Origin: Methanomassiliicoccales archaeon
Lineage (GTDB): Archaea > Thermoplasmatota > Thermoplasmata > Methanomassiliicoccales > UBA472
Length of the DNA: 64,000 nt
Direction of reading: 5' to 3'
Assembly: GCA_035404085.1 (NCBI GenBank)
Contig: DAONGL010000001.1
Location: 135,878-199,877, forward strand
Each line of letters opens with the position of its first letter. Position 1 is the first letter of the stretch. Made by a program: the position numbers and the translations under genes. The notes under the pieces are model-generated. The model saw nothing but the letters and a program-made list of their open reading frames with translations, had not been told where the DNA came from and did no database searches. This document shows positions 53,001 through 60,897 of this stretch, piece after piece.

Positions 53001-53109
53001 CGGAACCTGCGTGGCCGCCTGCCCGTCCGGAGCCCTGGAGCAGAAGGGCTTCAAGAACAACCAGATCCTGGCGCAGATCGACGCCGCTCTGGTCGGAGGT
53101 GGAAAGTAA
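50020..53109 (+). CDS. hdrA: Heterodisulfide reductase subunit A-like flavoprotein, enlarged two-module form (1029 aa by track; true start possibly 50086/50092)
   Basis: Two FAD folds, 'VLVVGGGIGGVQTSLDLAESG' and 'AVVVGGGLAGMTAALDIAAQG'. HdrA hallmarks are 'FPTNDCSMCIL', 'IQCVGSRD...CSSVCC', 'VQCVGSRN...CSRVCC', and 'IGVFVCDCGINI...NIRDQCSWIH'. Four 4-Cys ferredoxin motifs (CxxCxxCxxxCP-type) are present. Confidence 0.85.
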   Translation: MFDKGSKKEQTAEGSKDDTKGGVNLESKSGSVLVVGGGIGGVQTSLDLAESGFKVYMVENKASIGGVMSQLDKTFPTNDCSMCILSPKLVEAARHPMISMMTLTEVMGVEGEAGNFTVTLKKKPRYVREDRCVGCGLCAEKCPSKVPAEYELGLMNRKAIYVAYAQAVPMKYAIDADKCLYLQKGKCGNCKKVCPADAIDYEMKEEIQKIHVGAVVLAPGYELFDARLKKEYGYKEFKNVLNSLEFERVLSATGPYQGHVVRPSDHQTPKKVAFIQCVGSRDEKVGNPFCSSVCCMYALKQAIIAGEHSTGLKSTIFFMDVRAFGKEFEDYAKRAENEYGIKMHRGTRVASVDETEGNNLLLRYSDGANVLAEEFDLVVLSAGFQPPAQAKALADRLGFKLNEFGFCETGVYSPLETTKKGIYVTGAFSAPKDIPTTVAEASGAAAKAGAHVFNNRISIDTVVKETPETDVAGQEPRIGVFVCDCGINIRGTVDCPSVVEYVKALPNVVYAVENKYTCSADTQEAIKKTIKEHNLNRVVVASCTPRTHEALFQSTIKEAGLNPFLFEMANIRDQCSWIHMHEPEKATEKAKDLTRMAVAKSRFLEPLTKSKLGVNHSAVVVGGGLAGMTAALDIAAQGFKVDILEVTGAMGGNLANLYTDEGGISPRKYIKDLEAKVRANHKISVHLNTTVMDVAGFVGNFKVKVTGDKEIETGAIVVATGAKAYVPTEYNYGKDKKVVTQNDLEKALVEGSFHGKNVVMVQCVGSRNTEAPYCSRVCCSKAVKNAIEIKKKDPKAQVYILHKDIRTYGFRETMYKEAGELGVKFIRYPEDKMPEMTSDGKIVVEDTVLGAPVQLSPDCLVLSVGIRPNDDNEELAKMCKVPLSKDKYFLEAHMKLRPVDFATSGIYLAGLAHWPKFIDETIGQASGAASRALTIISKQYLETQGIIAAVNEMVCNGCGVCEPVCEYKAITIVGDPNTPERRKAVINEGLCMGCGTCVAACPSGALEQKGFKNNQILAQIDAALVGGGK

Positions 53110-53561
53110 TGTCCAACGAAGCACAAGCCCACAGCGCTCCGGCGGAAGCCGGGGCCTGGGAACCCAACCTGTTGGTGTTCTGCTGCAACTGGTGCTCCTA
53201 CGCCGGGGCCGACCTGGCCGGAGTTTCCCGTCTTCAGATGCCGACCAACTTCCGTGTGATAAGGACCATGTGCTCCGCCAGGGTGGACCCCGAGTTCGTC
53301 CTGAGAGCCTTCGCCAAGGGAGCCGACGGCGTGCTTATCCTGGGCTGCCACCCCGCTGACTGTCACTACATCGGTGGGAACTATCGCACCAGGAGAAGGA
53401 TCGCCCTGCTCCGCGTGCTGTTGGAGCAGTATGGATTCAACCCTGACCGCTTGAAGCTGGAGTGGGTCTCCGCATCTGAGGGGATGAAGTTCCAGCAGAC
53501 CATCAAGGAGTTCAACCAGAGGATCAACGAACTGGGCACGAACCCCTTAAACGAGGAGTAA
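53109..53561 (+). CDS. mvhD: F420-non-reducing hydrogenase subunit D (MvhD)
   Basis: 'LLVFCCNWCSYAGADLAG...IRTMCSARVDPEFVLRAF..GADGVLILGCHPADCHY'. The ATG overlaps the hdrA stop (TAATG). Confidence 0.9.
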   Translation: MSNEAQAHSAPAEAGAWEPNLLVFCCNWCSYAGADLAGVSRLQMPTNFRVIRTMCSARVDPEFVLRAFAKGADGVLILGCHPADCHYIGGNYRTRRRIALLRVLLEQYGFNPDRLKLEWVSASEGMKFQQTIKEFNQRINELGTNPLNEE

Positions 53562-53586
53562 ATCTGACCCCCAAGGAGGAACAAAT

Positions 53587-54606
53587 ATGGCAAAGATAAG
53601 GATCGCACAATATTGGGCCGCCGGATGCGGAGGCTGCGACGTCGCCCTATTGGACATTGACGAGAAGATCTTGGGTGTCGCCGAGATCGCTGACATCGTG
53701 TTCTGGCCCATCGCCGTCGATTTCAAGGTGAAGGACGTCGAGGCCATGCCCGACGGATACATCACCGCCACTCTGATCAACGGAGCGGTCAGGAACAGCG
53801 AGAACGAGCACATGGCCAAGCTGCTCAGGCAGAAGTCGGCCCTGATAGTCTCCTTCGGTTCCTGCGCCTGCTTCGGTGGAGTACCCGGACTGGCCAACGT
53901 GACCAACAAGAAGGACATCCTGGAATACGTGTACTGGAAGACCCCCAGCTCCGACAACAAGGAGCACGTTCTACCAACACCTCACTGGCACGCCCCGGAG
54001 GGTGAGCTGGAGATCCCGGTCCTATATGACACGGTCATGACCCTGGACCAGGTAATAGACGTCGACTACTTCATGCCCGGCTGCCCGCCGACCACGAACT
54101 TGATCAATGAGTTCCTGGGAATGGTGGAGAAGCACGTCAAGGAAGGCGCCCCGCTGCCCCCCAAGGGCTCCGTGATCGCTTCCCAGAAGGCCCTCTGCGA
54201 TGAATGCAACAGGACCAGGACCGTCAAGAAGGTCGACAAGATACACATGCCTTACGAGATCGACATCGATCCCGAGAAGTGCATGCTGGAGCAGGGAGTC
54301 ATCTGCCTCGGACCGTCTACCAGGGCGGGATGTGGCGCCAAGTGCCTGGAGGGCAATCAGCCCTGCCGCGGATGCATGGGACCGACCGCCGAGGTCTTGG
54401 ACCAGGGCGGGAGCATGCTGAGCGCGCTGGCCTCGATATTCGCCGTAGGCAACGACGAGGGACTGCTGAACGAGGACGACATTCTGGAGATGATGGCCCA
54501 GGTCAAGGACCCGCTCGGAACGTTCTACGCGTTCACCATGCCTGCATCGATCATCAAACGTAAGGTTAAGGAAAAGACAGCTACCACTGCTTCCAAGGAG
54601 GTCTGA
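53587..54606 (+). CDS. mvhG: F420-non-reducing [NiFe] hydrogenase small subunit (MvhG)
   Basis: 'IAQYWAAGCGGCDVALLD' proximal-cluster motif, 'FGSCACFGG', 'GCPP', and C-terminal Cys clusters. An SD 'GGAGG' lies upstream. Confidence 0.9.
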   Translation: MAKIRIAQYWAAGCGGCDVALLDIDEKILGVAEIADIVFWPIAVDFKVKDVEAMPDGYITATLINGAVRNSENEHMAKLLRQKSALIVSFGSCACFGGVPGLANVTNKKDILEYVYWKTPSSDNKEHVLPTPHWHAPEGELEIPVLYDTVMTLDQVIDVDYFMPGCPPTTNLINEFLGMVEKHVKEGAPLPPKGSVIASQKALCDECNRTRTVKKVDKIHMPYEIDIDPEKCMLEQGVICLGPSTRAGCGAKCLEGNQPCRGCMGPTAEVLDQGGSMLSALASIFAVGNDEGLLNEDDILEMMAQVKDPLGTFYAFTMPASIIKRKVKEKTATTASKEV

Positions 54607-54611
54607 ATCTA

Positions 54612-56144
54612 ATGTGCCCTATACTGATGGGTCAGGGAACTGACAAGGTTGAGAAGACCACCGAGAAGCGGATCACCATTGACCCCCTCACCCGGTTGGA
54701 AGGCCACGGTAAGATCGAGATCTTCCTGGACGACGACGGGAATGTGGCAAATGCCTACTGGCAGGTGCCCGAGCTCAGGGGATTCGAGAAGTTCTGCATC
54801 GGTCGGTCCGTAGACGAACTGAACAAGCTGACCTCCAGACTTTGCGGTGTGTGCCCCGGCGCCCACCACATCTGTTCGACCAAGGCGTTGGACCACGTGT
54901 TCGGCGTCGAACCCCCGGAGACCGCCAAGAAGCTGCGTGAGCTGTTCTACATGGCTCACTACGTCCACAGCCACATCGCTCACTTCTACGCCCTGGCCGC
55001 CGCGGACTTCGTCCTCGGCCCCGGTGCCCCGAAGGCCGAGAGGAACATCCTCGGCGTGGTTGGAGCTGTAGGATTGGAGATCGGCGGAGAGGTCATCAAG
55101 AACCGCTCCTACGCTCAGAAGATCCAGGAGATGCTCGGCGGAAAGGCTACCCACCCGGTCATAGGTATCCCGGGCGGTGTCGCCAAGAGCATCAACGAGG
55201 ACGAGAGGGCCAAGATCGAGGCCATGGCCAAGTCCTGCGTCGAGTTCGGAAAGTTCACCAACCAGCTGTTCGCTGACGTGGTACTGAAGAACCAGGACTA
55301 CCTGAACCTGATCGTCAACAAGGACGTCTACTACCACGAGACCTACTACCTCGGTACCGTGGACAAGAACGGCAAGAACAACTTCTACGACGGTGACCAG
55401 GTCATGATCTCCCCCACTGGGGAAGAGGTCGCCAGGTACCGCGAGGGCGGCAGGGATTACCTGAAGTACATCGCCGAGCACACTCTGCCCTGGTCGTACG
55501 AGAAGTTCTGTTACTTCAAGCCGGTCGGCTGGAAGGGACTGGTGGACGGGAAGGACAGCGGGATCTACCGCGCCACCCCGCTCTCCAGGCTCAACGTCAC
55601 CAAGGGTTTCACCACCCCGCTGGCGCAGGCCGAGTTCGAGAAGTACCACGGGACCTTCCGCGATCTAGGCGTCAAGGGACCAGTGCACTTCACCATGGCC
55701 ACCCACTGGGCCCGCGTGATCGAGATGCTCTACGCCGCCGAGAGGCTGCTGGAGCTGTCCCAGGACCCCGAGATCACCGGCAAGCACGTACGCAACCCGG
55801 TGAAGGAGGCTGGCGAGGGAGTCGGTATACTGGAGGCCCCGCGCGGCACCCTGGTGCACCACTACGTCGCGGACAAGAACGGCATAACCACCGACGTGAA
55901 CCTGGTCGTGGGAACCACCAACAACAACGGCCCCATGAACCTCAGCGTCCGCAAGGCCGCCACCGCTCTGATCAAGAACTGGAACGTGTCCGACGGTCTG
56001 CTGAACGCCGTGGAGATGGCCTATCGCGCCTACGACCCGTGCAACAGCTGCGCCACGCACACCTTGCCTGGTCAGATGCCGATGGACGCCGTTATCAGGC
56101 GCGCCGACGGTTCGGTCTACAAGACCGTGTCCCGCAACTACTAA
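54612..56144 (+). CDS. mvhA: F420-non-reducing [NiFe] hydrogenase large subunit (MvhA)
   Basis: 'RLEGHGKIEIF', N-terminal Ni-Fe ligands 'RLCGVCPGAHH', and C-terminal 'DPCNSCATH' followed by a cleavable tail. Confidence 0.93.
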   Translation: MCPILMGQGTDKVEKTTEKRITIDPLTRLEGHGKIEIFLDDDGNVANAYWQVPELRGFEKFCIGRSVDELNKLTSRLCGVCPGAHHICSTKALDHVFGVEPPETAKKLRELFYMAHYVHSHIAHFYALAAADFVLGPGAPKAERNILGVVGAVGLEIGGEVIKNRSYAQKIQEMLGGKATHPVIGIPGGVAKSINEDERAKIEAMAKSCVEFGKFTNQLFADVVLKNQDYLNLIVNKDVYYHETYYLGTVDKNGKNNFYDGDQVMISPTGEEVARYREGGRDYLKYIAEHTLPWSYEKFCYFKPVGWKGLVDGKDSGIYRATPLSRLNVTKGFTTPLAQAEFEKYHGTFRDLGVKGPVHFTMATHWARVIEMLYAAERLLELSQDPEITGKHVRNPVKEAGEGVGILEAPRGTLVHHYVADKNGITTDVNLVVGTTNNNGPMNLSVRKAATALIKNWNVSDGLLNAVEMAYRAYDPCNSCATHTLPGQMPMDAVIRRADGSVYKTVSRNY

Positions 56145-56160
56145 ACCCCTTATCCCTAAC

Positions 56161-56182
56161 CTTTTCCTTTTTTCATTTTTTC
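56161..56182 (+). terminator. Oligo-T tract downstream of mvhA (archaeal-type terminator candidate)
   Basis: 'CTTTTCCTTTTTTCATTTTTTC' begins 17 nt after the mvhA stop. Confidence 0.45.
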
Positions 56183-56208
56183 AAGGATCGGCCGAAGGTC
56201 TTTTGAGA

Positions 56209-56985
56209 TCAATCTTCCAGACGGAAATATCCTCTTCTCTTAACTCTCAGCGAGGACACCGTTCCCAGCAGAAGCCCGTCCATGAGGTAGACCTGTCCGT
56301 TGTCCAGGTCCAGGAGCTCGTTGGATAGCAAAGGCCCGAGCATTCTGGGTCGTTCGAAGTTAACCGGGCCGCCACCCAGGGACCGGTTGAAGGCCGGTAA
56401 CATAATGGCCTCGTCGGGAACCCTGACATATCTATCGCCGGTCGCCTGGAAACGGCACCGTACCCAGCATCTTTCCACCTGATTATGATGTAAACCGTCC
56501 TCGAATATGACCGCCGGGTGATTGTGTCCCATGACCAGAAGCCGGGCGGACATGACCTCCTCCGAGGGCCAGGCATGACCGTGAACGAAACCCACGTCGT
56601 CCAGCACGAAACCTCCCTGATCGTGGACGGTGACCCGCGAAGGTAACATTCGTTCTATGTCCGTATCGTGATTGCCCTTCACCAGGTCTATCCGGGGATA
56701 GTGGTTCAGAAGGCCATTGAAGAAACGCGGCACCTCGATATGCTCCTGCTTGGTGGAACCGGGGACCTGATGCTTAACGTCGCCGATGATCACTAGGCGG
56801 TCCACTCCTTGGGCCAGGTCCTTAAGCTCCTTCTCCATGCGATGCGTTTGACTGGGAACTATCACGCCCCTGAAACGCATATCCGCCTCGAGCCCTATGT
56901 GCAGGTCGCCCACGCAGAGCACCCGCTCCTCACCGAGCAGCTCCAGCACCGGGCGGTCCGGTATCGGCGAGGCTTCAAAGGGCAT
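56209..56985 (-). CDS. Calcineurin-like metallophosphoesterase (ICC/PdeM-like, COG1407 type)
   Basis: 'LCVGDLHIGLE', 'LVIIGDVKH', 'VKGNHD', and 'GFVHGHAWP...VMGHNHP'. Confidence 0.75.
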   Translation of the reverse strand: MPFEASPIPDRPVLELLGEERVLCVGDLHIGLEADMRFRGVIVPSQTHRMEKELKDLAQGVDRLVIIGDVKHQVPGSTKQEHIEVPRFFNGLLNHYPRIDLVKGNHDTDIERMLPSRVTVHDQGGFVLDDVGFVHGHAWPSEEVMSARLLVMGHNHPAVIFEDGLHHNQVERCWVRCRFQATGDRYVRVPDEAIMLPAFNRSLGGGPVNFERPRMLGPLLSNELLDLDNGQVYLMDGLLLGTVSSLRVKRRGYFRLED

Positions 56986-57660
56986 TCAAGTACCTCGGAG
57001 CAGCCTTAAGGCTAGCATCTCCGGGAGGCGATTCTCACGCACGCTATCCATGACCTTTCGTTGATCATAGGCCACCCGGATGTTGGTGAACGACCATTCC
57101 GAGGAGTCGAGTATGGCGTACGAGGCCCGGGGATCTCCGTCCCGAGGCTGTCCGACCGACCCTGGATTTATCACGTGGCCGGTCGGGAACTGGAATTGGT
57201 ACGGTACATGGGTGTGCCCTAGCACCAGCAGCTTGGCCCCAGCTACCGATAGCAGTTCGTCGCTCACATGCTCCTCGAATATGTATTCGGACATGTGGCG
57301 CGGAGAGCCATGATGCACAGCCACCATCACCTCCTCCACCGGTCGGTGTATGGAGTTGGGTAGATCTCGTATGTGATCGAAGGTGGACGAGGAGATATGC
57401 TCTCTGGTCCACTCGATGGCCGCCGCGGCGATGCTGTTCATTCCTTTGGTGCCGACCAGCACCGCCCGGTCGTGATTGCCGGCTATGCAATTTACGCCCT
57501 TCCTCCGTAGGAGATCGACCACCTCGTCCGGGTAGGTGTAATATCCCAGGATGTCTCCGGCGCAGTACACCTGCGCCACGTTGCGGGCGGACATGTCCCT
57601 GAACACCGCCTCCAGGGCGGGAAGGTTGGAATGTATGTCGGAAATGAAAGCGATCTTCAT
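56986..57660 (-). CDS. Metallophosphoesterase (YfcE/MJ0936-like)
   Basis: 'MKIAFISDIHSN', 'YCAGDILGY', 'IAGNHD', and 'LVLGHTHVP'. It abuts the downstream gene with zero gap. Confidence 0.8.
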   Translation of the reverse strand: MKIAFISDIHSNLPALEAVFRDMSARNVAQVYCAGDILGYYTYPDEVVDLLRRKGVNCIAGNHDRAVLVGTKGMNSIAAAAIEWTREHISSSTFDHIRDLPNSIHRPVEEVMVAVHHGSPRHMSEYIFEEHVSDELLSVAGAKLLVLGHTHVPYQFQFPTGHVINPGSVGQPRDGDPRASYAILDSSEWSFTNIRVAYDQRKVMDSVRENRLPEMLALRLLRGT

Positions 57661-57672
57661 CTTATCACCTCT

Positions 57673-59151
57673 TCATATTCTGGAAAGACCGCGACGGAGG
57701 ACCTGCGGTATTCTCTCCAACAGGTCGGTGGCCACCAGCCCGTAGCTGTTCTTCTCGAATGCCAGATCTCCGGCCGAGCCGTTTATGAACGCCGATATGC
57801 GCGAGGCATTGAAGGGGTTGACGTTCTTGGACAGAAGCCCAGCGGTCAATCCGGAAAGCACGTCCCCGGTTCCGCCCACGCTCATTCCCGGGTTGCCGGT
57901 CCGGTTCAACTTGATCCTCTGGCCGTCAGTGATCACGTCGATCCGTCCCTTCAGCAGCACCGTCCAACCGGTCTCGAGCGCCAAGGTCTTGGCGCCATCA
58001 ATCCTGGAATCCAGGTCGGAGGCCACCGGATGCCCTAGCAGCAGCTCTAGCTCGCGATGATGGGGAGTGAGCACGCCGGCCTTGCCCTTCAGCAGCCCAA
58101 GGTGTCCGCTCATCGCCTTCAGGGCGTCGGCGTCCAGGACCATGGGTTTGGTGCACGAGGGAACGAACGAGCGCACAGCCTCCAAGGTCGCCGGATCATC
58201 CCCCAGCCCCGGTCCCAGCAGAACCGCATCCACTCCATCGGCCAGTTTTTTTAACTGAGGTCCGTGCCGCGGATCGAGGCGGGCCCCATGCAAGCGTTCA
58301 ACGATCAGATTGGGAGAATAGGAAGCCACTACATCGCCTACACTATCCGGACATGCTACGAACACCAGATCGGTGCCTATGCGATATGCTGACATCCCGG
58401 CCAAGGCTGGCGCTCCCGTATAAGGTCCGCCTCCGATGACCAACAGCCTTCCGTTCTGTCCTTTGTGAGAGTCCAGAGAAGGTATCGGGTAATGCACCAG
58501 GTCCCCCGGTCCCACGAACCTCTCGGCATCTGCCGGGATCCCTACTTCGGCGACCACGATCTCTCCGCAATGTCCCTCCGACATGCCGGTCTTACGGTCG
58601 TGGAACGTCACGGTGAGGGTCGGTCGGACCGCCAAGGCGCTACCCATTCCGGAGGGAACGTCTGCGGAGACGACCGGCCTTCCCGAGGCGTTGATGGCCT
58701 TCACCAGATCGGCATAAGGTCCCTTCGGCGTTCCTTTGGAGCCCACTCCCAACAAGGCGTCCACGATCAGGTCGTAACCGGAGAGGTCCTCTCCGGCGAA
58801 CACCTTGTGGAGCTCCTCCACCTTCTCGAAGTTGATACGTGACTCGGGCGTGCTTATCTCTGATGGCGGCAAGGCCAGGAACACTCTGACCCGGTTGCTC
58901 TTGGTGAGCGCGCGGGCGGCTACCAGACCATCCCCGCCATTGTTCCCCTTCCCGCAGATGATGGCGATGCGCAATCCGCTTCCGAAGCGAGAGGTGATCT
59001 CCTGGGCCAAGGCCCAACCCGCGTTCTCCATCAGAACCTCCGTGGGAACCCCTAGGAACTCCGAATTGATGTCCAGGACCCGGACCTCCTCCCGCTCTAT
59101 CATAAGGAAGTAAATGCTCGAGGGAGTGAATAATCCTTTCCTGGCAATCAA
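57673..59151 (-). CDS. nnr: Bifunctional NAD(P)H-hydrate repair enzyme Nnr (epimerase / ADP-dependent dehydratase)
   Basis: YjeF-N 'ICGKGNNGGDGLVAAR' and the C-terminal kinase-like motif 'GGTGDVLSGLTAGLL'. An alternative start is MIEREE at 59103. Confidence 0.88.
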   Translation of the reverse strand: MIARKGLFTPSSIYFLMIEREEVRVLDINSEFLGVPTEVLMENAGWALAQEITSRFGSGLRIAIICGKGNNGGDGLVAARALTKSNRVRVFLALPPSEISTPESRINFEKVEELHKVFAGEDLSGYDLIVDALLGVGSKGTPKGPYADLVKAINASGRPVVSADVPSGMGSALAVRPTLTVTFHDRKTGMSEGHCGEIVVAEVGIPADAERFVGPGDLVHYPIPSLDSHKGQNGRLLVIGGGPYTGAPALAGMSAYRIGTDLVFVACPDSVGDVVASYSPNLIVERLHGARLDPRHGPQLKKLADGVDAVLLGPGLGDDPATLEAVRSFVPSCTKPMVLDADALKAMSGHLGLLKGKAGVLTPHHRELELLLGHPVASDLDSRIDGAKTLALETGWTVLLKGRIDVITDGQRIKLNRTGNPGMSVGGTGDVLSGLTAGLLSKNVNPFNASRISAFINGSAGDLAFEKNSYGLVATDLLERIPQVLRRGLSRI

Positions 59152-59198
59152 TAACCAATTAATACCAGGATTCCATTTTAACGCTGGTAGATATTCAA

Positions 59199-59489
59199 AT
59201 GTCTGAGATCAAACGCCTAGTGCTCGACGTGCTCAAACCCCATCATCCGTCAATAATCGATCTGGCCAACAGGCTCAGCGTAGTGGAAGGCGTCTCCGGC
59301 GTCAACTGCACCCTGGACGAGGTGGACCAGGAGACCGAAAGCATCAAGATAACCATAGAGGGCGTGGCCATCAACTACGAGGACGTTGAAGAGGTCATCA
59401 TCGACTCCGGTGCGGTAATCCACTCCGTGGACAGCGTTTCCGCAGGCAAGAAGCTGGTGGAAGAGGTCGAGACGCCTCAGGACCGCTGA
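59199..59489 (+). CDS. DUF211 family protein
   Basis: 'IKRLVLDVLKPHHPSIIDLANRLSVVEGVSGVN...ESIKITIEG', 96 aa. Confidence 0.7.
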   Translation: MSEIKRLVLDVLKPHHPSIIDLANRLSVVEGVSGVNCTLDEVDQETESIKITIEGVAINYEDVEEVIIDSGAVIHSVDSVSAGKKLVEEVETPQDR

Positions 59490-59770
59490 GACCTTATCAG
59501 CAGTTCTCCCACTTTTTTTACCAGCGCGGACTTGGAAATGGTCTTTTCGACCAAAATCCGTCCATCACTGGAGAACCAGTTGGCGGGATATTTCTTTTCC
59601 CGCTCGACCTTGTGCTGCAGACCCAGCTGCCGGAGGGCAGCCGATAAAAGGTCTACGGTGGGGTCGTTAATGGCCAAGCCTTTCTTGACCTTGCGGCCCT
59701 GGGACCGGGGCCTCGACCGGTCGAAATATTCCGGCCAGAGCACCCATGCGGTGTCTTCGTCCAGGGCCAT
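59477..59770 (-). CDS. srp19: Signal recognition particle protein SRP19
   Basis: 'WVLWPEYFDRSRPRSQGRKV' signature. The 3' end overlaps convergently by 13 nt with the DUF211 gene. Confidence 0.88.
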   Translation of the reverse strand: MALDEDTAWVLWPEYFDRSRPRSQGRKVKKGLAINDPTVDLLSAALRQLGLQHKVEREKKYPANWFSSDGRILVEKTISKSALVKKVGELLIRSQRS

Positions 59771-59786
59771 GAAAAACCCGTCGGTC

Positions 59787-60170
59787 TTATTCCTTCACCA
59801 GGATGGCGTTGATGGAGCCGTCCTGTCCTGGCCGGGAAGTTACCTTGGCCGGGCCCAGTTCGGTCTGGATGACCGCACCCTTGGTGACTATGTTACGCTG
59901 AACGTAGTTGGGGTTGGATAGGCTTGTGTTGACCTTGATGATCTTGACCTTCTGGGTCTTGTTGTTGGTCGGGTCGACCACATTGGCGAACTGAGCCTTC
60001 AAAAGGCGCACCTTGACGTTCGCCCCGCGCACCCTGGACACCTGGCGCTTCTCGCTGCCTACGAAGGTAAAGACAGGCTCCTTACCGATCTCGAACCTGC
60101 GCTTACTCCTAGACAGTGTCAAACGCCCGCCGGAGGGCTTCCTCTTAGACCTACCTTGCCATAATGCCAT
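59787..60170 (-). CDS. rps8e: 30S ribosomal protein eS8
   Basis: 'MALWQGRSKRKPSGGRL...'. Confidence 0.93.
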   Translation of the reverse strand: MALWQGRSKRKPSGGRLTLSRSKRRFEIGKEPVFTFVGSEKRQVSRVRGANVKVRLLKAQFANVVDPTNNKTQKVKIIKVNTSLSNPNYVQRNIVTKGAVIQTELGPAKVTSRPGQDGSINAILVKE

Positions 60171-60199
60171 AGCAATCCTGAGCCACCTAATTGGACATG

Positions 60200-60208
60200 T
60201 ATATAAAA
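60200..60208 (-). promoter_or_regulatory. TATA box upstream of rps8e (TTTTATATA on minus strand)
   Basis: The reverse complement of 'tatataaaa' is centred ~34 nt upstream of the ATG at 60170. This implies a very short leader. Confidence 0.4.
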
Positions 60209-60223
60209 ACCTTGGCTTGTGGT

Positions 60224-60862
60224 CTAGAGGTCCAGTAAGGTCAGCCTGACCTCATCCTCCAGTTCCATCATCCCGGCGTAGTGGTCCTTGGCCGCCCCGG
60301 GGTTCATGTACCAGATCCCGTCCTTGCGTTCCACGCCCCGGTCCTCGTGTATGTGTCCCGACAGTACCACCGATGGCTTACATCGGTCTATCGCCCCGGC
60401 GATCGCGGTGGAGCCTACATGCAGGCCGGAGAACGTGGTGTCGAACGTTCCGTACGCCGGGTTGTGAAGCACCAGGACCATTCCCTCCTCCATTATCGGC
60501 TCCAGGAGCCGGGAGATCTCCTCCTCGGGCATCTCGAACGGAGTGCGGAATATGCTGGGGTTCGAACCGCCAAGGCCGCCCCAGGTTCGACCATCGATCG
60601 TCATCTTGACGCCGTGCAGGGATGTTCCGGCCCTCTTGATGAAAGCCTCGGTGCCCAACGGGTCACAGTTTCCTGGAACGGCATAGCACTTGGTTTCCAG
60701 CTCGGTGATGAGGTCCTCGGCGAACTGGGGCGGGCCGAAGTGGGTGAGGTCCCCGAGCAGCACCACTGCGTCCAGGGAATGCTCCTTCATGAGCTCTCTG
60801 GCCGCCGCCGGGACCCATTCCCGGCGGTGTACGTCGGTTAGCACCAGGTATCTACCGCCCAT
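60224..60862 (-). CDS. Metallophosphoesterase family protein
   Basis: 'YLVLTDVH', 'VVLLGDLTHFG', 'VPGNCD', 'LVLHNPAYG', and 'LSGHIHE'. Confidence 0.8.
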   Translation of the reverse strand: MGGRYLVLTDVHRREWVPAAARELMKEHSLDAVVLLGDLTHFGPPQFAEDLITELETKCYAVPGNCDPLGTEAFIKRAGTSLHGVKMTIDGRTWGGLGGSNPSIFRTPFEMPEEEISRLLEPIMEEGMVLVLHNPAYGTFDTTFSGLHVGSTAIAGAIDRCKPSVVLSGHIHEDRGVERKDGIWYMNPGAAKDHYAGMMELEDEVRLTLLDL

Positions 60863-60897
60863 GGGTCGCCATATCTGAACCAGGGTTAAACATTTTC

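Noticed and set aside
50686-53124. 812-aa ORF on the minus strand, the second-longest ORF in the track
   Set aside because: It is exactly antisense to hdrA. Its translation is low-complexity (G/L/V/D/H-rich) with no recognisable motif, while the plus strand carries dense HdrA signatures. This is a typical shadow ORF in GC-rich DNA.
54609-55649. 346-aa minus-strand ORF
   Set aside because: It is antisense to mvhA, has V/L/G/D-rich shadow-ORF composition, and has no start context.
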